From positions 27,089-91,088 of IMG/VR virus record IMGVR_UViG_3300032164_000003: a stretch of 64,000 nt of DNA. The stretch is one strand, 5' to 3'. Below the pieces are notes generated by a model. It was not told where the DNA came from. It was given only the letters and a program-made list of their open reading frames with translations, and did no database searches. Origin of the DNA: a virus. The number at the start of each line of letters is the position of its first letter. Position 1 is the first letter of the stretch. The translations under genes were made by a program, and so were the position numbers. Positions 9,375 to 20,011 of this stretch are shown here, one piece after another.

Positions 9375-10774
9375 GAATCTTTACCTTCGTTATATGCCGG
9401 AGAGCGCTTTTCTTTGTTAACAATCAGATTGTTTTTAATTAGGTTATCCCCCACATATGTTCTATCCCATAACGCTAATAGTGGTATTTCATCGCCCTGT
9501 CGTCCGTATCTTACTTTGTCCAGGATGCCCCACAATCTGTTGTGCGTTTTATCTTTGCTGTCCTGTTTTAATCTTATGACGATGTCACAATGCACGGCCA
9601 TAAAGTTACTCAGCCCGATTTTGTGGACACCGTGCTCTACATCAATTTTCTTTCTACGCGCCTCAATGTCCTCCTTAGAGGCATCCCTACTTTCCTGCGT
9701 AGCAGTAAGAAGTGCCACGTGCTCGTATTTAGCAATTTCATGGTATTCCTGGAATAAACAATCGTATTTTTCGGATCTCCCAGAATACCGAGCCACCGGC
9801 TCCATAATGTTGGCGTAATCTATAATTACAAGGTCTGGCGGGACACCATAAGCAGCTTTGTAAAGTTCTATCTCTTCCAGAATTAAGGAAGATTTGGCAC
9901 CCATTGAAACATCTACAATCCATATGTTTAGCTTGTCCTTCAATTGCTTTCTTAGTGTTTCAGCATATATCTTTTTCTCTTCTTTGCTCAACTTTCCAAA
10001 CATGATCTTGTTACTATCAAGTTTGGACATCCTACTATCGAAGCGTATGGCAAGTGAATTGAATGCCATCTCCAGCGTGATATACATAACTCTATAACCG
10101 GCTAATGCTGCATTGTAGGCGATATTTACTGCCGTGGTTGTTTTTCCACCACTAGTCTTAGAATAGATTAGTGTCAAAAAAGACTTCTTCATTCCGCCTA
10201 GGCGGGAATCAAATGAATCTATGCCAAACGGGACTATGTCTCCCATGTCTCCCATTTCTACCTTCTTAAAATCCTCTATGCGGTCGTTAATCTTTTCGTG
10301 TAGCATCCCGCGACTGATTGCTTCTCCAGATGATGCAGACTTTAGCAATTCCGCCATTATCTCCTGACGCATTTCTACAAATTCTGACTCCCCCTGCTCA
10401 AACTTGGTCTTTATTGTATCTGCGAGATCTGCCAACGCCCTTCCTATTCTGAGATTGTCTGCACGCTGAAATTCGAAATTTGCATCGGCTATTCTTACTT
10501 TTGGTAGTTGAGAAAGCTCTTCAAAAACCTTGATTAGGCTTTCTGTTTCCTCCACGTCATTGCTATACATATTTTCCGCGTATGTCTTTAGTGTGGACAT
10601 GCTCGGAGGAGACTTGTACTTGCGCACATACTTTTTTATAAGCTCCGCTGCCTGTCGTCTTGAAGAATGTGCAAATGTGTCGAGCGGTATGTTAATCGCT
10701 TTCATGTGTGTTGGAGACTTCATAAGAAGTGCCAGCAACCGACGCTCGTTATTTTTAGAACTAAGAATCGGCAT
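9371..10774 (-). CDS. dnaB: DnaB-like replicative helicase
   Basis: Walker A SKTSGGKT, YITLEM, IIDYAN, TATQESR, KVRYG. Confidence 0.88.
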   Translation of the reverse strand: MPILSSKNNERRLLALLMKSPTHMKAINIPLDTFAHSSRRQAAELIKKYVRKYKSPPSMSTLKTYAENMYSNDVEETESLIKVFEELSQLPKVRIADANFEFQRADNLRIGRALADLADTIKTKFEQGESEFVEMRQEIMAELLKSASSGEAISRGMLHEKINDRIEDFKKVEMGDMGDIVPFGIDSFDSRLGGMKKSFLTLIYSKTSGGKTTTAVNIAYNAALAGYRVMYITLEMAFNSLAIRFDSRMSKLDSNKIMFGKLSKEEKKIYAETLRKQLKDKLNIWIVDVSMGAKSSLILEEIELYKAAYGVPPDLVIIDYANIMEPVARYSGRSEKYDCLFQEYHEIAKYEHVALLTATQESRDASKEDIEARRKKIDVEHGVHKIGLSNFMAVHCDIVIRLKQDSKDKTHNRLWGILDKVRYGRQGDEIPLLALWDRTYVGDNLIKNNLIVNKEKRSPAYNEGKDS

Positions 10775-11510
10775 TACGCATGTCTTCCCGCCCGGAGGCA
10801 CCCTTTATGGTTATGAACATAAGCGATTTGAACCGATCTTGTATCCAAACTGGTAGTGTTGGAATTGTCTCCTCGAATGTTTCGTTGGAACTTATCATTA
10901 ATGACAGCCCAGCATTATACACGTCAGACAAAAATTGATAAAATAACTTTCCTGCCATTGACCCGTGTCGATCAGTCTGTTTCTCTCCCAAATCGCGCTT
11001 GTCAATTTCTTCTATTGCGAGGAGATGCACATTCTTAATTATATTCTTTACCGTGGCACGCGCTTCTGGATCTCTCTCCATGGTTGACTGAAACAAGAGT
11101 GATATAAGATGCGACGCAGTGTCATAGTACACACTATACTTTTTATTAAGCGCCATGCGCATTATGTAACATATCATGGAACTTTTCGCAGTGCCAGGAG
11201 GGCCAGCGAACCATATTCCGCGTCCGCGATTCAAATTGAAATCTATATTCCTAATGTATTTGTTTATGTGGGATATGGAAATTTTGTTTGTCACAAGAAA
11301 TTGCTCATTAAGTTTTTTCATATTCCATCTGCGGTATGTAAGTGGGATATTGGCTTCTATGAGCGCTATTTCTTTTTCAATTCGTTGTACACACGCACAA
11401 TCTTCAATGAGAATACCGTCCGGTTTTTCTACTTCCTTGTAACCAATCCCATTGCAGACGGTGCACGCAGATCGAATTTTATGAAGTCTATCCAGATCGC
11501 GCTGATACAA
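10761..11510 (-). CDS. DnaC/IstB-like AAA+ ATPase, helicase loader
   Basis: CTVCNG..DCAC zinc site, ANIP..Y, GPPGTAKS, LLAIEEID, ISSN, DR; adjacent to dnaB. Confidence 0.8.
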   Translation of the reverse strand: MYQRDLDRLHKIRSACTVCNGIGYKEVEKPDGILIEDCACVQRIEKEIALIEANIPLTYRRWNMKKLNEQFLVTNKISISHINKYIRNIDFNLNRGRGIWFAGPPGTAKSSMICYIMRMALNKKYSVYYDTASHLISLLFQSTMERDPEARATVKNIIKNVHLLAIEEIDKRDLGEKQTDRHGSMAGKLFYQFLSDVYNAGLSLMISSNETFEETIPTLPVWIQDRFKSLMFITIKGASGREDMRNADS

Positions 11511-11517
11511 GTGGCAC

Positions 11518-12057
11518 CTAGGCGGTGAATTTGTTCACGTATTGATCGAATTTTTCTTGCTCTTGGAGCAGATCATGATCTAGATTATGGAAATCATCTG
11601 TAGATACAAACTTGTTCACGTTCGCCATGATGTGATTATACAAGCGGGAACTACAAATATGCGATATTTTTGGGAGATTAATTTTGTTGAAGTAGCGACC
11701 GAATGCTAAGTCTATGAATTGTTTGTAATCCTTCTTTGGTATCTGCCCGCCGAGACGGAATTCATCAATCTTTTGGTATGTCAACACAATATTTCCAATT
11801 TGCCGATACTCGTGACCATAGCGTTCTACATACTTAGTACAGAAGTAATGGTAGAAGTCGAATGGCTTCCATAATTCGACATCCTTCAAGTGTGACCATC
11901 CACTAGTTTTTTGTATGTGATCCTTCAGGCGCTTGTTCTGGTGACGAAGGCGCTGCAAATGAAGAATGATGTGGCGCTCTATCGGATCGTCACTTACCGT
12001 TGCGTCGCGTACCATTAATTCTTCTAAACTTAGGTCTTTTAGATTTCGGTTTGCCAC
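11518..12057 (-). CDS. hypothetical replication-module protein
   Basis: 179 aa between helicase and loader. Confidence 0.6.
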   Translation of the reverse strand: MANRNLKDLSLEELMVRDATVSDDPIERHIILHLQRLRHQNKRLKDHIQKTSGWSHLKDVELWKPFDFYHYFCTKYVERYGHEYRQIGNIVLTYQKIDEFRLGGQIPKKDYKQFIDLAFGRYFNKINLPKISHICSSRLYNHIMANVNKFVSTDDFHNLDHDLLQEQEKFDQYVNKFTA

Positions 12058-13514
12058 CGGGAACCCTCCATCTGATAGAAGTCTGCTGACACTTTTCGAA
12101 TCTTTATTTTTGAACCCTGTATGGTTTTGTACAGACTGAACCGTTGTTTGCTGTGCTTACTTAGGTATTTTCCACGGTCAAAGAAGTCTATCACGATTCC
12201 GTATTTTTTTCCTTCAGCGGCAGTAAGAGAACGCATCTTTTGGATGGTCGTCACTTTTGATTTTAAACCCTCTGCATTTATCACGGCGTTCAATTGGGGT
12301 ATGTTTAGGCCTTCTTTTCCTACGGTCGCAATTATACAATGAATGTCTTTTCTTTGCAACGCTTCGTACAACTCACCCCGTTCTTTACTGTCAATACTTC
12401 CATTTACAAAAACACTTCCAGGAATCATTGCTCTAAGAATAGGTCCGTGCGGCAGCTTGCGAATCATAATGAAAGATGTCTTTCCAGACTTATGCAGACT
12501 TTCTACAATGTCTGCGATAAACTGATTTCTGCAAAGGTTTTCCACCACGTTGCTATCGTAAATATCTTGATAATTTCCTAGTCCAGTTGAGTACCATCGA
12601 TATGGCATTTGGTACATGATGATCATAGGGCGTGCGAGGCGCTTGTGATTAATAAGTGTTTTGTATTTTACGGTGAGCACGATTGAACCCAGAGCAGCCT
12701 CTAGTTCCAGCATCCGCGCGTGCTGTGGTTTTGGAGTACCAGACAACCCAATGACGTATCCAGCGGAGTCCATGGTGGCGAGAAGGTTCTTGTTTTTCGG
12801 AGAGAGCGAATGGTGGCATTCATCGAAAATGAAAACCCGCGCGCTCCGGATCATTTTGTTAATAGCTTCATTTCTTGCACGTGTGTCAGCGCCTATTCTA
12901 ACTTTACCTTTTGTTACCGTAAGTGCTCTGGTTATAGCTTGATAACTGGTTACTACAATATCCCCGTGTTCATACTCTCCTTCGGAGAATGAACCAATCT
13001 GGCGCTGAAGATGAAACTCCAAATCCTTTTTAGTTTGGTTGACTAGATCTTTACCATAGGTAATTAACCACACTGGAAAATGCCCGATGTTCTTTATTAT
13101 GCTAGCAGCTATGGCGGTTTTCCCTGCGCGGACAGGTGCCTGGATGACTGCACGCCGATACTTTATGGCTCTCTGCACAGCAAGCTTCTGAAATGATTCT
13201 AGCTGCAGGCCATGGATATCTGGTGTACCACGGGGTTTGTAATCATGTGAATAGACTATTTCTACAGTATGTCCACACTTCTTTTCCAGTATATATTTTA
13301 TTCTGTACAAGCAGCCAGTTGGTGCTGTCTGATCTTTCAAAAGAAGGCGTTTCTTACCGTCCCACCCATACTCTTTATGCTGCTTTGTGAATTGGTAGTT
13401 GAATACAACGAATGTCAGTTTCTCTCTTAACAGTGCGAAGTCCACATCCGAAAGTCCCGGAGTAATCTTCAAGCGCACTGGACCGACTTCTATGCAGACA
13501 TTCATCAGGATCAT
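12039..13514 (-). CDS. SF2 helicase (UvsW/XPB-like)
   Basis: APVRAGKT, DECHH, GLSGTP, EGLNIP, QKMRSL. Confidence 0.9.
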   Translation of the reverse strand: MILMNVCIEVGPVRLKITPGLSDVDFALLREKLTFVVFNYQFTKQHKEYGWDGKKRLLLKDQTAPTGCLYRIKYILEKKCGHTVEIVYSHDYKPRGTPDIHGLQLESFQKLAVQRAIKYRRAVIQAPVRAGKTAIAASIIKNIGHFPVWLITYGKDLVNQTKKDLEFHLQRQIGSFSEGEYEHGDIVVTSYQAITRALTVTKGKVRIGADTRARNEAINKMIRSARVFIFDECHHSLSPKNKNLLATMDSAGYVIGLSGTPKPQHARMLELEAALGSIVLTVKYKTLINHKRLARPMIIMYQMPYRWYSTGLGNYQDIYDSNVVENLCRNQFIADIVESLHKSGKTSFIMIRKLPHGPILRAMIPGSVFVNGSIDSKERGELYEALQRKDIHCIIATVGKEGLNIPQLNAVINAEGLKSKVTTIQKMRSLTAAEGKKYGIVIDFFDRGKYLSKHSKQRFSLYKTIQGSKIKIRKVSADFYQMEGSRWQTEI

Positions 13515-13520
13515 TATACT

Positions 13521-14285
13521 TCAAGAAACAGGATACTTCTTCCTTATTATTTTCATATTATATTTACGTAATGATTCTGTTCCTATATTTAGTTCGGAGA
13601 ATGTGGCACGATGGACATGGTGAATGAACGTCCCAAGACTAAGCAAGATATTGTATCCATACGAGCGCATGCGTAGACAAAATTCGTCATCGTCCCCTAG
13701 CCCTATGCTCAACTCCTCACAAAGAGGCCCGATCTCAGTAAACAGTGCGCGGCGCATGGCGACGCAGAAGAATGAAAGGGACATCTTCTCCAGCTGTACA
13801 TATTTATCCTTTAATTTGGACAGACTATGTATAAAATCCTGCTTGTTTGCATGCCCGGTAGGCAGTTCCACACCAAGATTCTGCTGTATGCCGTAGGGCG
13901 TTTGCCAGGCAGAATTAAAGGTGACTGGACCCACTGCACCGACTCCCGGATAATGCATCAATGGTTTTATTAGTGTAATGTCCCAACCCCTAGTTACGCG
14001 CGTGTCATTGTTTAGCAAAATTACATAATCGCCAGTGGCCTCTTTAATCCCTTGATTGGTCGCCCGAATGAATCCCAAATTTTCTTTATTTAGGATCACC
14101 TTGCAATTTGATAACCGCGATGCCTGTCTCCTTATAATTTCTATTTCGTGCGTTTGCGATCCGTTGTCAACCCAGATTACCTCTGTAGGCAAACCAGTAT
14201 TTAGTCGGATGGATTCGAAGCACTGGACGGTATAGCCAGACTGGTTCAACACTGGAATAACAATGCTTACAGACGGATTACCCAT
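13521..14285 (-). CDS. GT2 glycosyltransferase
   Basis: SIVIPVLN, VDNGS, NLGF..ATNQG, LLNNDT, DDDEFC.R. Confidence 0.92.
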   Translation of the reverse strand: MGNPSVSIVIPVLNQSGYTVQCFESIRLNTGLPTEVIWVDNGSQTHEIEIIRRQASRLSNCKVILNKENLGFIRATNQGIKEATGDYVILLNNDTRVTRGWDITLIKPLMHYPGVGAVGPVTFNSAWQTPYGIQQNLGVELPTGHANKQDFIHSLSKLKDKYVQLEKMSLSFFCVAMRRALFTEIGPLCEELSIGLGDDDEFCLRMRSYGYNILLSLGTFIHHVHRATFSELNIGTESLRKYNMKIIRKKYPVS

Positions 14286-15105
14286 TAGGCCTTAGCTCTT
14301 TATCTATCTTGTTCTTCTTTTCCTTTAATAACCGGATGTTAGTTCTCCGTATATTGTCTACAGGGAGTTTGAGGGCGTTGAATGTAGTTCGGTGCCAGTG
14401 ATATACGAAAGTTCCTAAACTAATGAGTAACTTATATCCGTGCGCTCGCAATCTATAGCAATATTCATCATCATCGCACAACCCCATGCCGAAATCTTCA
14501 TCCAGTATGCCTATCTTATTTATAGTTGCTTTTGCTAGGGCGACACAAAAGAAGGACAGTGGGTTACCGTGTGTCTCCACATATTTTTCTTTGAACTTGG
14601 CGGTGAGTGCAGACCCGTACTGTGCAATTAGATTAGATATATTCCTGGTGATTGTGGGCGGATTGAACGCCGGAAGTCCGAGATGCCAGCGCCGGTTGAG
14701 ATGATTTGCAGCTTGCCAGGCTAACGCGCTTTGTGTTATCGGGCCAACGGCACCTATTATTGGATCTTTTAATGGGGCGACCAGCTTATTTACCCAACCT
14801 GCAGTTACTTCTGTGTCATTATTCAACAGAATTATATATTTTGCGCTTGGGGAAGCTGCACGAATGCCAATATTAGTTGCCTTTACAAATCCAACATTAG
14901 CTTGTAGGCGTATGGAATTTAGGCGTTCTCCAAACCTGGCAGAATGTTTTTTTATCGCCGCGTACATTCCGGGAATGGACCCATTGTCAACCCAGATTAC
15001 TTCATATGGAAGGTCTGTGTTAGCCAAAATGCTAGAAAAGCAGCGTGTCGTTTTTTCTTGTTCATTCCATGTAGGAATAATTATACTTACAATTGGGACA
15101 GTCAT
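14278..15105 (-). CDS. GT2 glycosyltransferase (paralog of neighbour)
   Basis: SIIIPTWN, VDNGS, LLNNDT, LDEDFGMGLCDDDEYC. Confidence 0.92.
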   Translation of the reverse strand: MTVPIVSIIIPTWNEQEKTTRCFSSILANTDLPYEVIWVDNGSIPGMYAAIKKHSARFGERLNSIRLQANVGFVKATNIGIRAASPSAKYIILLNNDTEVTAGWVNKLVAPLKDPIIGAVGPITQSALAWQAANHLNRRWHLGLPAFNPPTITRNISNLIAQYGSALTAKFKEKYVETHGNPLSFFCVALAKATINKIGILDEDFGMGLCDDDEYCYRLRAHGYKLLISLGTFVYHWHRTTFNALKLPVDNIRRTNIRLLKEKKNKIDKELRPNG

Positions 15106-15107
15106 AA

Positions 15108-15860
15108 TTATCTCACGGATTGTGCCTTGTGCATTTCTGCATTTTTCAGCATTCTGTATTTAGGATCATCGACATTTCCACGATGGTACACTAGATCACT
15201 AGTATTAAAATACCCGATCCAATACCCGTGATCTGCCGCTCGGCAACTCATGGGGTAGTCCACCCCGTAAACTATGCCTCCAGGATGCCCACCGATGTCC
15301 AGGAACTCTTTTCTGGGAGAGAGCCGGCATACCCCGTTCATCATCCACATTCTAGGATTGTAGCAGAGCAGTGCACGTTCTGAGTTTCCTAATGGGACTA
15401 TCTTACCCATGGCGTTCTGGTACATGCCTATTCCTGAGCGCGTTGCAAATGTTCCACTTCCACCCGTAGAATTTTGTCCACTCCAACCCATGTCCCATCC
15501 CAGGAACAGCAACTTTTTTTCGTTCAGTTTTTCGTATGCTTCTACCAGGCGTCGTCCAAAGTTATTGGGAACATCTATGTCGTCGTCCACTTTCAGTATA
15601 TACTTTCCGCGAGCATCTGTGGCCATAGTGTTGAAGGCTTCCATACCTATATTATTAGTGGCCCCATATACTTTATAGACTCTACAGTCAGCGTTTCCAT
15701 AAGAATAAATCCAATCGTATGATCCGTCAATGGATCCGTTGTCCCATAGGAGCACTTCGAATGGTATATTGCCTACCTTATCTACAATCTTTGGTATATA
15801 GTTACTGGATAGAATAACCCTATTGTAAGTTAAGATCAGAATAGAAATTGTAATACTCAT
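15108..15860 (-). CDS. GT2 glycosyltransferase
   Basis: SILILTYNR, DNGSIDG, ARGKYILKVDDD. Confidence 0.88.
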   Translation of the reverse strand: MSITISILILTYNRVILSSNYIPKIVDKVGNIPFEVLLWDNGSIDGSYDWIYSYGNADCRVYKVYGATNNIGMEAFNTMATDARGKYILKVDDDIDVPNNFGRRLVEAYEKLNEKKLLFLGWDMGWSGQNSTGGSGTFATRSGIGMYQNAMGKIVPLGNSERALLCYNPRMWMMNGVCRLSPRKEFLDIGGHPGGIVYGVDYPMSCRAADHGYWIGYFNTSDLVYHRGNVDDPKYRMLKNAEMHKAQSVR

Positions 15861-16232
15861 AAATCTGGTGCCTGGGGAATCTCGTACGTAATAATTTCAA
15901 CTGTCGGATTTGGAACATCAAATACGATCAGGCGCTGATCATATCCTCTCGCTGCCTCTTCTGCTCCTTCGTCAATGACTGTGCGCCGATTCAAACAGTT
16001 AAGATGCCCCTTTGTTCTTTTGTACATTACGATGCCCCTTTGTTCTTTTGTACATTACGATGCCATCTGGAACCGGTCGCTTTATTCTGCGGTGTGGTTT
16101 CTTTTCCTGCAGAGTAGGTTTTTTCTTTGGCTCTTTATGCGCCAGCCCATTAACAGTGGCACGCGGCCCAAGCGGACCTTTTCCAATTGCTGTCCGTCCT
16201 ATATTTTCTTGTCTAGTACGCATAATAAACAT
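15857..16232 (-). pseudogene. basic hypothetical gene frameshifted by a 28-bp tandem duplication
   Basis: Removing one repeat copy restores a 115-aa ORF whose TGA overlaps the next ATG (15860). Confidence 0.75.
16003..16064. repeat. perfect 28-bp tandem duplication
   Basis: GATGCCCCTTTGTTCTTTTGTACATTAC x2 followed by GATGCC. Confidence 0.97.
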
Positions 16233-16728
16233 TTTGTAAAGTGTATGCTGCTCCGATTAGCGCTTCTTTGCAGACGGTCGAATAATGTTTATTAAACATA
16301 CCTAGAAAACTTTCAGTGTTAAACAACGGGGCTATTCCTTGCGGTAGCTTACCGCCGGTAGCTGCCAATATAGCAACCACGTCCAGGTATGAAAAAACTA
16401 TTGATGAGCATGCCATCACAATGTTATTAATAAATGCAGGAACATCAAATATGTATTCAAAGATGCCAAGGCAGACACACATGGTGTCCTCTCTTGGAGT
16501 TACAATTTTTGGAAAATCCACGTTGAAATCTACAACTGTCACTCCTGGGAATGCCATGTATGAGTCATGTGGAAAATATACTTTATCGCTTTTCCACAAC
16601 TGCATGCCCATGTGCCCGGGTCCGCATCCGAGATCGTACACGTTTTTCTGCGGTAATTTTTTCACTAAGGTAGCGGCAATTCCCATTCTTTCGTCTATAA
16701 GGACAGTTGGACTTTTGTAGATGTTCAT
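16213..16728 (-). CDS. class I SAM-dependent methyltransferase
   Basis: VYDLGCGPG motif I, CLGIFEYI. Confidence 0.8.
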   Translation of the reverse strand: MNIYKSPTVLIDERMGIAATLVKKLPQKNVYDLGCGPGHMGMQLWKSDKVYFPHDSYMAFPGVTVVDFNVDFPKIVTPREDTMCVCLGIFEYIFDVPAFINNIVMACSSIVFSYLDVVAILAATGGKLPQGIAPLFNTESFLGMFNKHYSTVCKEALIGAAYTLQNVYYAY

Positions 16729-17372
16729 TTTATCCCTCGGAATTGATTTTCCAGTTCAATAACCTTCCCAAGCACAGTATTTAAGGATGCGTCAGAATAG
16801 TGACACCACATCAGTTTGCTTTGAAACGGATCTGACATCTGAACCATTGGCCAATGGCAAAGAGTACGCAGCGCCTGATTGTCATACGCAATTACTCTGT
16901 TCTTATCTGCTACATCCGCTAACTTTGTATTGTCATATATGACAAGTATTCTAAGTGTGTTGGATCCCCACATCGCAATTACTTTTTTCTCCATCGCAAG
17001 CATGCTTTTAGAAAATTCGTCGATGGACAAGCGTTCTACCGGTTTAGCTATCTTCTTTAGCTGCACCGCTCCCTCGTGCGGTCCAATTGCATATCGAATA
17101 CCGTCCTCAAACACGAAGTTGGGATGGTACGATTCATTGAATGGCGAAAATAAAAATGTATCTATTTTCTTTGGGATTTTGAACACGCGCACGTACCCAC
17201 TTGGCCACATATCAGTGTGCATAGCAGGTATCCGTGCGCCCGGCTCTGCTTTCTTCATAAACATATCCATAGTCATTGCATGCGCAGTATATGTCTCTGG
17301 AAAGTAAACGGTCATGCAATTAGCCATACTAAACCGTTTCACATACTCTATGTCCACTTCTTGGTGATGCAT
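16725..17372 (-). CDS. hypothetical protein
   Basis: 215 aa, coupled within operon. Confidence 0.6.
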   Translation of the reverse strand: MHHQEVDIEYVKRFSMANCMTVYFPETYTAHAMTMDMFMKKAEPGARIPAMHTDMWPSGYVRVFKIPKKIDTFLFSPFNESYHPNFVFEDGIRYAIGPHEGAVQLKKIAKPVERLSIDEFSKSMLAMEKKVIAMWGSNTLRILVIYDNTKLADVADKNRVIAYDNQALRTLCHWPMVQMSDPFQSKLMWCHYSDASLNTVLGKVIELENQFRGIK

Positions 17373-17379
17373 GCTAATC

Positions 17380-18405
17380 CTAAGGAAGATTTACCGTCGG
17401 ACCAAACCTACAGTAGTATGCGTCGTCTTGACGGGCTCCTGGGATATAGTTCCATGGGTTGAGTCCGTACCACAATCCCCAGAACGGTGTGCCGCAATAA
17501 TTGGCCGGGCACGCGGTTGGGCTGGATCTAAAATTGAAATTGCCACCAACAAAGTCCCCAATATGGTGTGTGTTCAATCCAAAGCACGGAAAGATGCTTC
17601 CAGAAATGTCCATATATGCATAGCTACATCCGGCATCACAGGGCATACCCTTAAAGAATCCCGCCCCGGCACAGTACAACTGCTGACATGTTCTTCTATA
17701 CTTTGTAACGCTTGCCAGAATTTCTCGTTCTTTTTGTGTGTATGCTTGTGGGTATGCGCCGTTTGAATTCGCTACGCTCTTTGGAGATCCGTGTATAAAC
17801 ACCCATGGAAGTATTGGGGCGTTTTCCGGAAGCAATGTTTGTAACCATTTCATTTTGTCAGGAAACGCAGTTATCTCTGCTGGTTGTACTACGGTTTTAA
17901 GTATTGTAGTAAATCCACGCGCTGCTGCCTCATGAAAATTGTTCATGTATATACTGCGGGCATACTCATCTGTGTCCAAGCGCCACCCATGATAGGTAGC
18001 CATAATCTGCCCAACGTGTGCCGGGTCAACCTGATTTACCCACTCAGTGAATCGGCCAGTGGTTAGATTAGTGTGTAATTCTAAAACGAATCCCCGTTTT
18101 CCAAGCTCCTTATACAATTCAGGAAGCTGTTTTACCATTGTCGGCTCACCACCGCTAATGGTTAGATATACATTTTTCTTGGCGGCGATTCTAAGTTGTT
18201 CCATTCGCGCAACGACCTTGTCAACACCACCCAACATATTTATCAATGTGGGTACTGGCGTCTTAGACTTCCAGCCTACGCAATAAGGGCAGTTCATTGT
18301 GCACTGATGCGTAATTATCCAGGCGAGGTTGAGCCAATCTAGTCGTTTCCTGGATGGAAAGTCTCCTAGCTCCATTTCGCCGTTTGGCAATGTGTATATA
18401 TTCAA
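17380..18405 (-). CDS. radical SAM enzyme with SPASM/twitch-like domain
   Basis: CTMNCPYC, SGGEP, HTN, CDAG....G.IFPC, CPANYC. Confidence 0.92.
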   Translation of the reverse strand: MNIYTLPNGEMELGDFPSRKRLDWLNLAWIITHQCTMNCPYCVGWKSKTPVPTLINMLGGVDKVVARMEQLRIAAKKNVYLTISGGEPTMVKQLPELYKELGKRGFVLELHTNLTTGRFTEWVNQVDPAHVGQIMATYHGWRLDTDEYARSIYMNNFHEAAARGFTTILKTVVQPAEITAFPDKMKWLQTLLPENAPILPWVFIHGSPKSVANSNGAYPQAYTQKEREILASVTKYRRTCQQLYCAGAGFFKGMPCDAGCSYAYMDISGSIFPCFGLNTHHIGDFVGGNFNFRSSPTACPANYCGTPFWGLWYGLNPWNYIPGARQDDAYYCRFGPTVNLP

Positions 18406-19283
18406 GTTATCCTCTTTATTGTTTTATCACACCAGTACATGAATGCACTTTTTGTTGCGTCTACAATGCTCCTATATGTGCTCGGATTCTGCAGGGTCAT
18501 AGGAGCAGTTTTACCAAGCGGATTTATAATAATACCAAAAAGATCTAAAAGTGAAAATCTAGAATCTGCCGGATCCCCGAAAAAGTACACTGGTTTGTCT
18601 TGAGATAATGCCGGGAGAACACTATGCAATCTTCCAGTATATACTGCCCGTGTTCCTGCGTACACATTCATAACCTCATCCGGATTATCATAATAAATTG
18701 CATCTGCATGCAGTCCGATAGCCATTGGAAGTTCGAAGTGGCGTTCTTGAATAGACGCCACTATCTTTCCAGGAATCTTAGACAAAAATGAAAGCTGCCA
18801 TGGGACATTCGTTCGGGCGAAGCCCACAATGTTATAAGGAATAGTACTGCTCCATTTTCTCTTAGGCAAATATGCAGTAGGACAACCGACCAAGATAGCG
18901 GATATTCCCAAGTTGCGACAAGCAGCCAGGGTAGCCGGATCGCGCACCCCGATTGGTGGTGTGATGTGTTTAAGAATTTCTTTGTTTATAGGGTATGTTG
19001 GTCCCCAGAAGGACGCGGCGGTACAGAATTTTGGAACCTTTATCTTAGAAAGCGCTGCAGTAGCCTCTCCCTGACCTTGTCCGGTAGCTAAAATTGTAGA
19101 TCCTGGAAGCAGCACAAAGTCACATTTATTTAGTTCTACAATCTCCTGCGCGGAAGGGTACGAAAACATAGAAACAGCTACTGATGGGGCAGGAAGATTT
19201 GCCAACGTCTTTACCGCATACTCGATTAGTCGATTTCCAAGATTAGAATTCGGAGTATCTATAGTAAGTATTCCGTATTTCAT
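18402..19283 (-). CDS. polysaccharide pyruvyl transferase family protein
   Basis: NLGNRLI, GVRD..T, GCP, TGRLHS motifs. Confidence 0.75.
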   Translation of the reverse strand: MKYGILTIDTPNSNLGNRLIEYAVKTLANLPAPSVAVSMFSYPSAQEIVELNKCDFVLLPGSTILATGQGQGEATAALSKIKVPKFCTAASFWGPTYPINKEILKHITPPIGVRDPATLAACRNLGISAILVGCPTAYLPKRKWSSTIPYNIVGFARTNVPWQLSFLSKIPGKIVASIQERHFELPMAIGLHADAIYYDNPDEVMNVYAGTRAVYTGRLHSVLPALSQDKPVYFFGDPADSRFSLLDLFGIIINPLGKTAPMTLQNPSTYRSIVDATKSAFMYWCDKTIKRIT

Positions 19284-20011
19284 TTTCCATCTCTGAAGTT
19301 GAAGAAGCGTGTTCTGTTTTCTACAAGCAGTCTTTCATAAACATCCTTTTTTCCAATCTTTTCCATCAGTGCGCTATACGGGGGATGCCATATATGAATA
19401 GGATGAATGTTAGTATTACGTGCGCCTACGCCACTTCTAGTTAATCGAACGAATAAATCGTTGTCTTCCCCACCCCATCCTTTGTAAGCTTCGTTGTACC
19501 CCCCGTGTGCAGAGAACCACTGCTTCATTACACCCATGTGGCTAAAACCGTCTGGGCGTGTATCATGTATTCCTTGACCGTTTATGCTAGCTAGTACGTC
19601 ATTGTAATTGCCTGTTTGGCGCACCCCTTCTAAGCTGTCATAAACCAAATTGAACGTGAATGCTCGACTATTAATAAATTTTATATTCTCTTGTACATAG
19701 TTTGGTGGTATCACACAATCTGCATCGACGAAAAGTATAACGTCACCAGGAGCATTCTTTATTCCGACATTCAGTGCACAGCTTCTGCTCCAAATCGGTC
19801 CCTCTCCACGTAAATATGTTAATCCATTATTTTGTGCAACATCTTTTATACTTTTTACGTATGCCGACTCACTACCATAATCAACCAGTACATTTTTGCA
19901 GTGTATGTTCTGTTTGCTTACAGATTCTGCAGACAGAACTAGGTTTCCTAGATAGACCTCAAACGCTGGTTCGGAAACACGGATTGGAATTATGATTGTT
20001 GGTATTGTCAT
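19280..20011 (-). CDS. GT2/GT7C-type glycosyltransferase
   Basis: VDYGS, RSCALNVG, FVDAD, GGYNEAYKGWGGEDNDL. Confidence 0.9.
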   Translation of the reverse strand: MTIPTIIIPIRVSEPAFEVYLGNLVLSAESVSKQNIHCKNVLVDYGSESAYVKSIKDVAQNNGLTYLRGEGPIWSRSCALNVGIKNAPGDVILFVDADCVIPPNYVQENIKFINSRAFTFNLVYDSLEGVRQTGNYNDVLASINGQGIHDTRPDGFSHMGVMKQWFSAHGGYNEAYKGWGGEDNDLFVRLTRSGVGARNTNIHPIHIWHPPYSALMEKIGKKDVYERLLVENRTRFFNFRDGK

